Origin: an uncultured Planctomycetaceae bacterium
GTDB lineage: Bacteria; Planctomycetota; Planctomycetia; Planctomycetales; Planctomycetaceae
NCBI GenBank assembly: GCA_963815195.1
Contig: CAWFGE010000020.1
Span: 1 to 64,000 of the forward strand
Direction of reading: 5' to 3'
DNA: 64,000 bases
Part shown: positions 9,971-20,011 of the stretch, piece by piece
Layout of the letters: every line of letters begins with the position of its first letter
Numbering within the stretch: position 1 is the stretch's first letter
The notes under the pieces: model-generated
Database searches by the model: none
What the model saw: only the letters and a program-made list of their open reading frames with translations
Told to the model about the DNA's origin: nothing
Program-made: the position numbers and the translations under genes

Positions 9971-10104
9971 AACCGTTCCAGTCCGTCCTATGCCACGCAT
10001 AGGGAAGATGCCTGTCAGCATTTTGCTTTGCTCCGCTTTGGTGCTCGCGCCGCGAATTTTTCCAGTGCACGCGGCGCTGCTCGCGGTGTGAGACGGGAGT
10101 CTGA

Positions 10105-10140
10105 CACCTGCGTTTTCACCTGCGTTTCCACCTGCGTTTC
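10105..10140 (+). repeat. 3 x 12-bp tandem repeat CACCTGCGTTTY
   Basis: cacctgcgtttt cacctgcgtttc cacctgcgtttc. Confidence 0.9.
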
Positions 10141-10257
10141 GCCCGGCGGAGGGAGGGCGGAAAACACCGGCAGGGAGGCCGTGAAACCGCCCCCTCGACG
10201 GGCGGCGGTTTCACGCAGGGACTCGCCGGCGGAACGCCGGCGGCCGCGTTGCATGGC

Positions 10258-10291
10258 AAACAAAAAGCCCGGCCGCTGCAAGCGGCCGGGC
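10258..10291 (-). terminator. Rho-independent terminator of the ardC unit
   Basis: GCCCGGCCGC/GCGGCCGGGC stem followed by TTTTTGTTT on the minus strand. Confidence 0.7.
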
Positions 10292-10311
10292 GGCATCTTC
10301 GGCCGGGTGCC

Positions 10312-10662
10312 TTACGCTTCCGGCGTGCGGCAATCCGGGCAGACTCCGCAGTAATTCGCCTGCGGCAGATCGAAGGCAGGCTCGATGTCGCTCCAGCCTT
10401 CGGCGATCGCCTGGGCTTCGTTCTGGATATGTCCGCCGGCGTCGCAGTATTGGCAGACCAGTGTAAAGATCGGCCGGCCGCCGGCCGTGCGGCGGAGAAC
10501 GTTCGCGATGTAGGCGTCGATCTCCGTGGGTGTGTACTGGTAGGGATAGAATCCTCCCCTGGCCAGCCATTCCTTGAGAGCCAGGGCGAGTTCGCGGGCG
10601 GTCTCGTGGTCGCCGTCCCGCATGGCGTGGTACATGTCGAGATAGGTTTGATTGGGGTCCAT
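10312..10662 (-). CDS. Hypothetical protein with a C-terminal Cys-rich (Zn-binding) motif
   Basis: 116 aa, GGAG RBS; CQYC...CGVCPDC. Confidence 0.7.
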   Translation of the reverse strand: MDPNQTYLDMYHAMRDGDHETARELALALKEWLARGGFYPYQYTPTEIDAYIANVLRRTAGGRPIFTLVCQYCDAGGHIQNEAQAIAEGWSDIEPAFDLPQANYCGVCPDCRTPEA

Positions 10663-10729
10663 GATCGGCTCCGGTTGAGAGGGGAAAGAAAACCCGGCCG
10701 CCGGCGGGCGGCCGGGGAGGGGAAAGCGG

Positions 10730-11641
10730 TCAGGCGGTGGCCGCCTGCGGTTGCAGGCCGTGCAGGAAGTCCACGGCTTTGCTGGCGTGGGAAGCGGCGG
10801 AAAACACCGCCCGCTTGTCTTCCTTCAGGACTTTCAGCCACGAGTCGATATAGCTGGCGTGGTCGTCCCGCACTTCCGGCGTGAGGGCGAGGTCGGCACA
10901 CAGGAAGGCGGAACCGAGTTCGGCGACTAACTCCTCGATGGCGTAGCCTTCATCTCCGAATCTCTTGCGGCCGAAATCGCGATTGAGCCGGGACGGGTGC
11001 CGCGTCCAGTGGGTCAACTCATGGGCCAGCGTCGCCGCGTGCGACTCGGCGTCTCGGAACGTCTCAAAAGGGGGCATCTGCACGTAGTCGTCGGTGATGG
11101 CGTAGTAAGCCCGGTTCCCGCCCGTGCGGATGTCCGCCCCGGTGTTGGCGAAAAACGCCTCGGCGTGCTCGATGCGTTTAAGTATCTCGGCGGGCGGTTG
11201 GGCCAGGGCGAAAAAGTGCTGCGGCAACCCTTCGCACTGTTCGGCATTGAATACGCTGTATTCTTTGAGGAATGGAATCTCCTCCTCGACTTCCCGCCCG
11301 TCCTCTTTGGTCTCGGTCTTCTTGAACGTGCTGGCGTACACGACGGGGGAACCGTGTTCGCCTTTCTTGACGTGTCCGCCGAATTCTTTCGCCTGTTGGA
11401 AGGTGAGCCAGTAGGGGCAGGAAAACCCCTGCAACTCGGCGGCCGCCCAGAGCATCAAAATGTTGATGCCGTGATAGGGCAGGCCGTTGTGACGCAAGGG
11501 CCGGGTGATGCGGCCGGCGGCGTTTTCGGCGTTCCAGGGTTTGAACCAGGGCCTAACGCCTTGTTCGAGTTGGGCGACGATGTGCGACGTTACGCGGGTG
11601 TAAACGTCAACGCGGTTCTTGGTGCTGCTGCGGGTGGTCAT
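10730..11641 (-). CDS. ardC: ArdC antirestriction ssDNA-binding protein (DUF1738 plus zincin-like domain)
   Basis: DVYTRVTSHIVAQLEQGVRPWFKPW, YHGINILMLW, WLTFQQA, VFNAEQ, HELTHWT, YAIEELVAELGSAFL, HASYIDSWL. Confidence 0.95.
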   Translation of the reverse strand: MTTRSSTKNRVDVYTRVTSHIVAQLEQGVRPWFKPWNAENAAGRITRPLRHNGLPYHGINILMLWAAAELQGFSCPYWLTFQQAKEFGGHVKKGEHGSPVVYASTFKKTETKEDGREVEEEIPFLKEYSVFNAEQCEGLPQHFFALAQPPAEILKRIEHAEAFFANTGADIRTGGNRAYYAITDDYVQMPPFETFRDAESHAATLAHELTHWTRHPSRLNRDFGRKRFGDEGYAIEELVAELGSAFLCADLALTPEVRDDHASYIDSWLKVLKEDKRAVFSAASHASKAVDFLHGLQPQAATA

Positions 11642-12139
11642 GGGATTCGCTCCGTTTGTGAAAGAAAATGGAATTGTTCGTGAGCCAAAGCTCTTGCTTT
11701 TGGGCGAACGGAACGAAGTGCCCAAAGCCGGGGGGAGGGCGGTCAAGGACTGCCGGGCCGGAGGGCACCGGTCTGCACAAGCGAGGCACGAGCGCGGAAG
11801 ATCGGGCGGAGGCCGGCCCGGCAGCGCGGCTCCGATCCTTTACCGCACGGGGGGAAGCCCCCCTCACTCTTCAAAGAAACCGCACCGCAGGTGTCCTTTG
11901 GGGACGGAACGTCCCGCGCACAAGCGGGCGGAAGGGGGCGAAAGCCGTCCCTCGCAGAGGACCGCAGCGAAGCGCAGCCCGCAAGCACGCGGTCGCCGGG
12001 GGCGATGTGCCCAACACCGATTTACGCAGGGTGGATTGAATTGCTGGGGGGTTCGCAACGCCGAATGGTCTTTGTGCTTGTTTTGCCGGCGTGTGGACGA
12101 TAGTTTCTCTCGCATCGACGGGTTGTAAAAGGAGGGCGT

Positions 12140-12547
12140 ATGACATCAAGGGCGGCGGTAGGAATGCTCGCGTTATTGGAAGTGGCGGCGTGCTCGCCGG
12201 TCATGGAAGCGACACGTCCCGATCCTGTTGACTTGTCGGAATTCGTTGTTGGGGAAAGCCGGTTGAAGGTCATCGGTGAAGTGGGAAGCCCCTTGGCGTC
12301 GGAAAAGGACGGCAAGAACCAGTGCGATGTTTACAAGCTCTACACGAGAGGACCGGGAGCGGCGGGAAAAGGCGCTCTTGCCGCAGGCGAAGCCGTGGGT
12401 GATGTGCTGACGCTTGGTCTTACAGAAGTGCTGTTTACGCCGGCGGAAGCGGCAACGCGCAATAGTAAACACACCGTGATGTTCTGCTACGGGCCGGACC
12501 ACAAGCTGGTCTCGGTGAATGAGTCAGACATGAAAGTTGACAACTGA
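12140..12547 (+). CDS. Putative lipoprotein
   Basis: AGGAGG RBS; lipobox-like VAAC after an N-terminal signal; 135 aa. Confidence 0.7.
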   Translation: MTSRAAVGMLALLEVAACSPVMEATRPDPVDLSEFVVGESRLKVIGEVGSPLASEKDGKNQCDVYKLYTRGPGAAGKGALAAGEAVGDVLTLGLTEVLFTPAEAATRNSKHTVMFCYGPDHKLVSVNESDMKVDN

Positions 12548-12704
12548 TTTCAATAAAGCGCGCGGTCGCCCTGCGGCGATGTGCCCAACCGATTGCCTGT
12601 GACATTTCGGCAACACACAGGCGCGTAACGTCTCGAAGAGTGCGATGAGTGCTTGATCTTGCGGCCTTATCCGGATTCAGTGGCCAGGGACAACAACAGA
12701 GAGG

Positions 12705-13552
12705 ATGAAGATTATGAAAACACGCATCTTGAAAACCACCGCCCTCACGACGGCGGTTTTAGTCTGCTCCCTGCCGGCATTCGCTGATCCGGCGGCGGTT
12801 CCCTCATTGCCCAGCCCCGGCCAGTTTTCGCTGACGCCCACGGCGGGCACCGTGTTCAATGTCGGCGGCGATTTCGTAAAGAGCGGCAGCCAATCGATCT
12901 CGAATGCGTCGCTGTTCGGAGCAACCGTGACCGGCACCAGCACGTTCTCGGTGTCGAGTCGGAGCTTCCATGACGTGTACGACGTGCCGATCGACCTGGG
13001 CGTCGCGGCGAACTACGGACTGACGGACGCGGATGAGGTTTCGGCCCGGCTGCACTATCTGCATGCCACGGGCAAAAGTTTCAACGCGCTGAACGCGACG
13101 ACCGCCGGCACGATCAACGGCGTCGCCTTCGCGGGGAGCGCCGCGTTCCAGGGGGAATTCGACGACTACAACGAATTCGGATTGGAAGGGGGCTATAAGC
13201 ATTTCTTCGCGGTCGGCTCGTCCAAATTCCATCCCTACCTGGGAGGGCTATTGGGCGTGAAACATACGGGCGCGGTCAAGCTCGACCTGTCCTATAACGG
13301 CACCCCGGTGGCGAACGGCATCGCCTTCTACAAGTCGGGCTGGGGCTGGTCGGCCGGACTGGAAACCGGGTTCCGCTACGATGTCGCACCGTCGGTGGCG
13401 GTGGGCCTGGAGACGGGCCTGCGTTACGAAGGGGACCTGCGGCAGAACAGCCGGGACATCAACGCCGGCAGCGCGGCGCGCTGGCGAACGTGAACAACGG
13501 CGGCAGCCGCTGGGACATCCCGTTGCTGGCCACTTTGACGGCGAAATTCTAA
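12705..13552 (+). CDS. Outer-membrane beta-barrel protein (apparent frameshift near 13478)
   Basis: Signal peptide ending PAFA; amphipathic strands (FGLEGGYKHFF, FHPYLGGLLG, AGLETGFRY); shifted frame ends DIPLLATLTAKF*, a C-terminal Phe beta-signal. Confidence 0.8.
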
Positions 13553-13576
13553 TTTGATCCCTTCAGAGAATGAGAC

Positions 13577-13605
13577 AGAGGAGGCCGCGTGCCTCCTCTT
13601 TTTTT
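13577..13605 (+). terminator. Rho-independent terminator
   Basis: AGAGGAGGC-cgcgt-GCCTCCTCT followed by a T run. Confidence 0.75.
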
Positions 13606-13630
13606 CTGCGGCAGGTCAAGCCAGGCGAGT

Positions 13631-13879
13631 TCACTCGCCGAGGGCGATCCGTTTGGTTGTGGTGAGATTCTTGACGTTGACCCGTTCGGGGATGCCGGGG
13701 CGGTCCCATTCGATTTCGGCCAGGGTGGTCTCGCTGCCGAGATTGACCAGGGCCTTCACTTCGCCCCGTGCGTGGGGCACGTCTCCCGCGTATTGGCCGG
13801 TGCTTTGCAGAAACGCCTTGCTGTAGGCGACGGTATCGCCCACCTGAATCTCCTGCACTCGTTTGGTCCAATCCGCCAT
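13631..13879 (-). CDS. Small hypothetical protein (SH3/KOW-like pattern)
   Basis: 82 aa with GGAGG RBS; IQVGDTVAY...RGEVKAL...AEIEWD. Confidence 0.7.
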   Translation of the reverse strand: MADWTKRVQEIQVGDTVAYSKAFLQSTGQYAGDVPHARGEVKALVNLGSETTLAEIEWDRPGIPERVNVKNLTTTKRIALGE

Positions 13880-14152
13880 TTGCGCCTCCCTGCTGCCGGC
13901 ATCGGCATCGCTAATAGCGCCGATCCTCGAAACTGTCAAACGGACGGTGGAAGACGGCCCGGCTTTCATGCGTTTCGGTTTCATAAGATGCTGGCCTCCG
14001 GGCGTCCGGTTCGTGCGTTTCCACGGAAGAGGGGGGTCCTAAGCCCCGTTCGCCTCGCCTTCGTCTCGGCCTTCACTTGTTGAATTCCGGCCGAGACGAA
14101 GGCGAGGCGAATGGGGCTGTCCCGTTTGCTGAGCCTGAGCCGAGGCCGCCGG

Positions 14153-14344
14153 TTACGCGGATTCCGGCGACGAGCGTTCCTTCCTCCGGTTCTTGGCGGC
14201 CAGTTCCTGCTCGTAATAGGCATAGGCCCGCCGGCGGGTGGCTTCGCTGTCGGGCGGCCCTTGTTCCTCGATCGCCTGGTCAACATAGGCGGCGAAGGCG
14301 CAGCCGTGAAACAGGTCGTCGAGGATGTCGTCGTGATCGGGCAT
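14153..14344 (-). CDS. Small acidic hypothetical protein
   Basis: 63 aa, co-oriented within the minus-strand cluster. Confidence 0.65.
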   Translation of the reverse strand: MPDHDDILDDLFHGCAFAAYVDQAIEEQGPPDSEATRRRAYAYYEQELAAKNRRKERSSPESA

Positions 14345-14347
14345 CGG

Positions 14348-14464
14348 TCATCCCCCCTGGGTGCAGTCATCGCCGTCGGTATAGCGCCGGCCGGTAATCC
14401 GGGCAAACACTTCCTCGGCGTGCTCGCGGGCGATGCGTGCGAGGAGTCGGTCGAGTCGGTTCAT
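14348..14464 (-). pseudogene. 38-aa ORF duplicating the C-terminus of the 15258-15746 gene
   Basis: MNRLDRLLARIAREHAEEVFARITGRRY versus REHAEEIYARITGQLY. Confidence 0.5.
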
Positions 14465-14466
14465 AG

Positions 14467-15261
14467 TCAGTTTCCTTTCCGTGGGTGGTCGGCGGACTTC
14501 TCGAAGATCATGCAGACATCATGCAATCCCGGAATGAAGCTGCTGCGGTACACCTTGCGGCTGCTGCTGGCACCGTGGCTGAAGCGGATGATGTCGGTGC
14601 AGTGCTGCGCCAGGCCGGCCTCGAAGGCGAGCCGCTTGGTGTGGAAGACCAGCGGCACGAACCCGGCCTCGCGGTCGCAATAGTCGCCCATCAGGACCGC
14701 CAGCTTGCCTCCCGGTTTGAGGGACAAGGCGCAATTGCGGAGGAACTGCCCGTAGCGCCGCAGAAACTCTTCGAGCGTCGCAGCGCGGGAGAGGTCGCGG
14801 GGGTCGTCGGCATACAGTTTCTGCCGCCAGTAGGGTGGATGGCTCCAAATGAAATCGAACGTCTCCGCGGCCGGGAAGTCGGCCGCGTTGCAGGCGTCGA
14901 AGCCCTGATGGATGTCAAAGGCGAAGCAGGGAATCCCCAGTTCCCTACACACGTCTTGGGCCGTGCCGCTGCCGGTCATCGGGTCGAAGACCAGTCCGGG
15001 GCGGAAGTAATTCAGCAGGTCCTTGATGAGGTTGCCGCCGCAGTTGCCGGGCCACTTGCGGTCGCCGTACTCCCCGGCGCGGTGGAAGTGGTAGAGACTG
15101 GTCAGGTGCGGCACGGGTGACGCATTCCGCGGTGCCAGAGGCAGCCGGGCATAGCGCGGGGCCGCCGGTTCGGGCCGGGGTTGCGTCGCGGACCGCCCCA
15201 AGCGGGCGGCGTAGGCGGGATTGATCCGCGGATCGAAGGTAAGTGTCGGATACATGGTCAT
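14467..15261 (-). CDS. Orphan amino (m6A/m4C)-type DNA methyltransferase
   Basis: SAM-binding VFDPMTGSGT, catalytic-type HPPY, LKPGGKLAVL; no restriction enzyme gene adjacent. Confidence 0.85.
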   Translation of the reverse strand: MTMYPTLTFDPRINPAYAARLGRSATQPRPEPAAPRYARLPLAPRNASPVPHLTSLYHFHRAGEYGDRKWPGNCGGNLIKDLLNYFRPGLVFDPMTGSGTAQDVCRELGIPCFAFDIHQGFDACNAADFPAAETFDFIWSHPPYWRQKLYADDPRDLSRAATLEEFLRRYGQFLRNCALSLKPGGKLAVLMGDYCDREAGFVPLVFHTKRLAFEAGLAQHCTDIIRFSHGASSSRKVYRSSFIPGLHDVCMIFEKSADHPRKGN

Positions 15262-15746
15262 TCTCCTTGTTTCAGTTGGCATGGGTTGCGGTAGAGTTGC
15301 CCGGTGATCCGGGCGTAAATCTCCTCGGCGTGCTCGCGGGTGGGGAAGTCGCCGATCGCCTCGACGCCCCGGCCGGGAATGTGGCCGTAGAGCGTCCACA
15401 CGTGGGCTTCGTGAGGTTCGCACGGCTCGAAGTAGAACCGTCCGGGCCTGTCCGGTTCCTCGTGCCGCAGGCAGGGGGAGATTTCGTAGTCGTCGAACCG
15501 CTCGTGCGTGACCTCCACCGGCGCGGTCTCCGCCTCGTAATGGAACCGTGCCCGGTCGAACGCGGCGTCGAAGTCATAGTCGTTGCGGTCCGCCCAGTGC
15601 ATCAGGTCCCCCAGCAAATCACCGAGAACGTCTTCGTCATCGGTGCGAGTGGCGGCCTGGAAGGCGCGGACGGCGGAGCCGGCCCAGTCGGCCCGGCGGT
15701 CGTTCATGCCTTCGGGATCGGGAGGAAGTACGGTGCGATGTGTCAT
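15258..15746 (-). CDS. Hypothetical protein
   Basis: 162 aa, ATGA-coupled to the MTase; DLLGDLMHWAD...ARFHYEAE helical motif. Confidence 0.75.
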   Translation of the reverse strand: MTHRTVLPPDPEGMNDRRADWAGSAVRAFQAATRTDDEDVLGDLLGDLMHWADRNDYDFDAAFDRARFHYEAETAPVEVTHERFDDYEISPCLRHEEPDRPGRFYFEPCEPHEAHVWTLYGHIPGRGVEAIGDFPTREHAEEIYARITGQLYRNPCQLKQGE

Positions 15747-15802
15747 AGGAAAGTCCTTTCCGTGTGTGTGTGGGCGGGCCTCGCAGCCCGCCCGGTTGAG
15801 TT

Positions 15803-16012
15803 TCAGTCTTTCTTCTCGGCGGCGACGCGGAGCGTGATCCGGCCGTCGAGCGGCACGACTTCGAGTTGCACGTTGAAGCCTTTGGCGTCGCCGTGCGCCC
15901 AGGCGCTGCCGATGCGGGTCCAGAAGCTCTTCTTTCCTTCGCGGTCGCGGACCTGATAAGCGATATGCGTCGGGGCCTTGGAGGCGGTTTGATTGTTGGT
16001 GGTGTCAGACAT
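15803..16012 (-). CDS. Small DUF736-like / OB-fold-like protein of conjugative elements
   Basis: AYQVRDREGKKSFWTRIGSAWAH...GFNVQLEVVPLDGRITLR; AAGGAG RBS. Confidence 0.75.
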   Translation of the reverse strand: MSDTTNNQTASKAPTHIAYQVRDREGKKSFWTRIGSAWAHGDAKGFNVQLEVVPLDGRITLRVAAEKKD

Positions 16013-16804
16013 GACGGTCTCCTTCTCTTGGTGTTACCGGCCGCGACCATCGCGGCCTGATGTCACGCCACAAAAAGCCGCTTCAGGCCGGGGCGAAGCG
16101 TACCGGGCAAGCGGAATTACGGAGGGCACCCCCTGGGACGGAACCGTCATTCCGCTTGCCCGGCCCGGCGGCGGCTTTAAGCGTGACCTGAAACAGGCCG
16201 CAGGGTGCGGCGGACACCGGGAAGGGACGCACCGTGGAACATCACCAACGGAATCGATTGCAAGTTTGCGGACAACATCTGGAAAAACTTCGTCCGTTTT
16301 CTGAACACGAATGCACTGGCTCTACATCTTTGCAATTGCGGCTGAACGGGGAAGCCGATCGGAACCTTGCTGGCAAGGGTTTTCGATACGCTCGCAGGGT
16401 GCGTGCACAACTTTAGAGCAGCAGGTTTTCTAAAACTTTGCAATTGCGGTCAATCAGGAGCTTCGCCTCCGCTCAAGAATCGTTTCCCAATTCAAAGACC
16501 GGCAAATCCTCCTACAATCAGGACTCTCGCTTTTTCGAGCGAGCCATTTATTGGGAAGCCGAACCGCGTTGCAAGTGGTAACTATTCTGGAACTTACGGC
16601 TTGGATGGAGCCTTGCGCCTTATACAACAACACCGACCGAGGAAACCAAACAGAACCATTGGGCACAGAACTTGCTATGGGGTAATTTCCACAACCTCAT
16701 CAGTAAAAACACTTATATTTTCGCCTCTGTGTTTGAGTCGGGATAAATCTCGATATTGCGCACATGTAGATGTAATCATGCATTTTTAGTGTTGCGAGGT
16801 GTGC

Positions 16805-19488
16805 ATGCTTCGGATCACCCAGCAGGATAGCGCCGCAGATGCCAAGCGTTATTACGCCAGCGCCGACTATTACAGCGAGGGGCAGGAAATCGTCGGCTCG
16901 TGGGGCGGCCGGGCGCGGAGCGGCTGGGTCTGGCCGGCGTGGTGGACCGGGAGTCGTTCGACCGGCTGTGCGATAACCTGCATCCGCAAACCGGCCGAAA
17001 ACTGACCGCCAGAACGCGATCGGCCCGCACCGTGGGCTACGATTTCACGTTTTCGGTGCCGAAGTCCGTGTCCGTGCTTTATGCGCTCACCGGCGACCAG
17101 GAGATTCTCGACGCCTTCCGCGATGCGGTCGGGGAGACCATGCGCGACATCGAAACTGAGATGAAGACGCGGGTGAGGCGAGGGGGCAGGGACAGCGACC
17201 GGGTGACCGGCAACATGACTTGGGCCGAATTCATCCACACCACGTCGCGTCCCGTCGCGAATTTGCCGGACCCGCAATTGCACGCGCACGTGTTTGTGTT
17301 CAATTCGACCTGGGACGGCGAAGAACAGCGCTGGAAGGCGGGGCAGTTTCGCGGGCTGAAAGCCGATGCGCCTTATTTCCAGGCGGGCTTCCGGGCGCGG
17401 CTGGCCAACCGCTTGCAGGACATCGGCTTCGCCGTCGAGCGCCGGCGAGATGACTTTGAAATCTCGGGCGTGCCGGCGAGCGTGGTTCAAAAATTCTCCC
17501 GGCGGACAGAGGAAATCGAGCGGGTGGCGGCCGAGCGCGGCATCACCGATCCGCGCCGCAAGGCGGAACTGGGGGCCGAGACCCGCGAGAAGAAGAACGA
17601 GCAGCTTTCGTGGAACCAACTCCGCCGTGAGTGGGACAGCCGGCTGACCCGAGAGGAGCGCGAGGCGCTGGCCGGCGTTCACGAGCGCGAATCCGCCGGG
17701 GATCGCGGCGCATCGGGCGAAAAGGCAGCGGTGGATTTCGCCCTGGAGCACAGCTTCGCCCGCGAGGCCGTGGTCGGGGAACGCAAGCTCCTGACCGAAG
17801 CCCTCAAGCGGGGAATCGGCACCGTGACCGTCGAGGGCGTCAAACGGGAACTCGGCCAGCGGACCTTGGTGCGAGGGGAGTTGGGCGGAAAGAGCGTCGC
17901 CAGCACGCCGGCGGTGCTGGATGAAGAACGAAAAGTCGTTGATTTCGCCCGCAAGGGCCGGGGGCGTTTCCGCCCCTTTGGTGACCCCGATCGGCCGCTG
18001 TCGCGGGACTGGCTCAATCCGGGGCAGAAGCAGGCGGTGCGGCATGTCATCGGGTCGCGCGACCGGGTGACGCTGATCCGGGGGGCCGCCGGCACGGGCA
18101 AGACGAAACTCATGCAGGAAGCCGTCGAGCGGATGGAAGAGGGCGGCAACCGGGTGACCGTGCTCGCCCCGTCGGTTGGGGCCAGCTTCGACGTGCTACG
18201 CAACGAAGGCTTCGCGGAAGCGAACACGGTGGCCCGGTTTCTGCGGGACGCCGAGATGCAAGGGAACGCCGCCGGGCAGGTGGTGTGGGTGGACGAAGCG
18301 GGCATGCTGGGCACGCAGGACATGGGCCGGCTGTTCGACATCGCCGGCCGGATCGACGCCCGGATCGTGCTCTCGGGGGACCGGCGGCAGCACCGCGGCG
18401 TGGCGCGGGGCGAGCCGCTGAAACTCCTGGAAGAGCGGGCCGGGCTGCCGGTGGCGGAAGTCACCGGCATCATGCGGCAGAGCGGGAGCTATCGCAGCGC
18501 CGTGGCGCAGCTTTCGGCCGGCCGGACGGTGGAAGGCTTCGACGAACTCGACCGGCTGGGCTGGATCAGGGAAGTCTCGGACGCCGACCGTTACCGCCAG
18601 CTTGCCGAAGCGTACCTGGCCGCCACGCGGCGCAAGGACCGCAAGGGAAAGGACACGACGGCGCTGGTGGTAAGTCCGACGCATGCGGAGGCGGGGCGGA
18701 TCACGGGGACGATCCGCGAATCGCTGCATGCGAAGGGTGCGCTCAAAGACGAGCGGAGCATGGAGACCTGGGTGCCGCTGCACCTGACGGAGGCGCAGAA
18801 GGGCGATGCGGCGAACTACGAGCCGGGGGACATGCTCCAGTTCCACCAGAACGCGCCGGGCCACAAGATCGGCTCGCGGCTGATCGTGGCGGACGGAGAC
18901 AAACCGCCGGTGCAGTTCGCCGATCGCTTCGAGGTCTACCGCCCGGAGGCGCTGCCGCTGGCCAAAGGTGACCGGCTGCGGGTGACCGCCGGCGGCAAGA
19001 CCAAGGACGGCAAACACCGCTTGAGCAACGGGTCGCTCTATACCGTCGAGGGCTTCACGCCGCAGGGGGACGTGATCGTCAACGGCGATTGGGTGATCGC
19101 GAAGAATTTCGGGCACGTAGCCCACGGCTACACGGTGACCAGCCACGCCAGCCAGGGCAAGACGGTAGACCAGGTTTTTATAGGCCAGTCGAGCCTGTCC
19201 TTCCCGGCATCGAGCCGGCGGCAGTTCTACGTCTCGGTCTCGCGGGGCAGGAAGCAGGCGGTGGTTTTCACCGACGACAAGCAAGAACTGCGGAAAGCCA
19301 TCGCCCGCGCCGATGAGCCGCCCTCGGCGACCGATCTGGCGGATTCGCCGCCGAAGGGACTCGCGCTGGGCGTGCGTTTGAAGAAGCATCTTGCGCGAAT
19401 GCGGCGAATTGCTAGTCTGGCCTGGACGCAGGAAGCGAACCGGCCGGAAAGGGAAAGAACGCCTGAGGAGCTTGCACATGCCCGATAG
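16805..19488 (+). CDS. trwC: MOBF/TrwC-type relaxase-helicase (apparent frameshift near 16905)
   Basis: AKRYY..ADYY, GYDFTFSVPKSVS, HTTSRP..PDPQLHAH (HUH), helicase GAAGTGKT, VDEAGM, GDRRQH, HGYTVTSHASQGKT. Confidence 0.93.
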
Positions 19489-19995
19489 TCGCGATGTGTT
19501 GGATTCTGTGGTCAACCCCCATTTGGCGGGGATCGCCTCGCGTTCGCCGATCGACCGGGACGGCGAGAAACAATCCGAAGAGGAGTCCTGCCCAGCCTTC
19601 GGCTATCTTCGGGGGCTGCGCGACCGCGCCTGGCGGTGGAATTCCGGTTCCGCAACGGCGACCGCGAGTGGTTCGCCTACAGCCACCTGAGTTCGTTCCG
19701 GTTCAACCCGTCGGTGGGCCTGCTGCTGAAATTCGTGGGCGATGTGGTAAGCGTGGTGCTGATTCGCGGCAGCAATCTCGATGCCACGGTGAACGGCAGC
19801 GAGATGAACCTCACCGTTCGGGGCTTCCAGCGGCACCGCGTGCTGTGGGTCCGCGAAATGGACCAGGACCAATTGAGGAAAGTCGAGACGGCCGGGCCGA
19901 CCATCGACGCGATAGAAATCGCCGAATTCGAGTCGCAAGTCGAAGTCAAAGAATGGCTCATGCGGAATGGGCCGGCATTCATTCGGAAGACTTAA
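19478..19995 (+). CDS. Hypothetical protein coupled to the relaxase (apparent frameshift near 19630)
   Basis: MPDSRDVLDS...AFGYLRGLRDR continues as VEFRFRNGDREWFAYSHL after a one-base shift. Confidence 0.7.
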
Positions 19996-20011
19996 TGACG
20001 GAGTAACGATG

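Noticed and set aside
9297..10091. Multiple overlapping ORFs upstream of parA
   Set aside because: Low-complexity translations arising from the periodic repeat tract; no RBS or motifs
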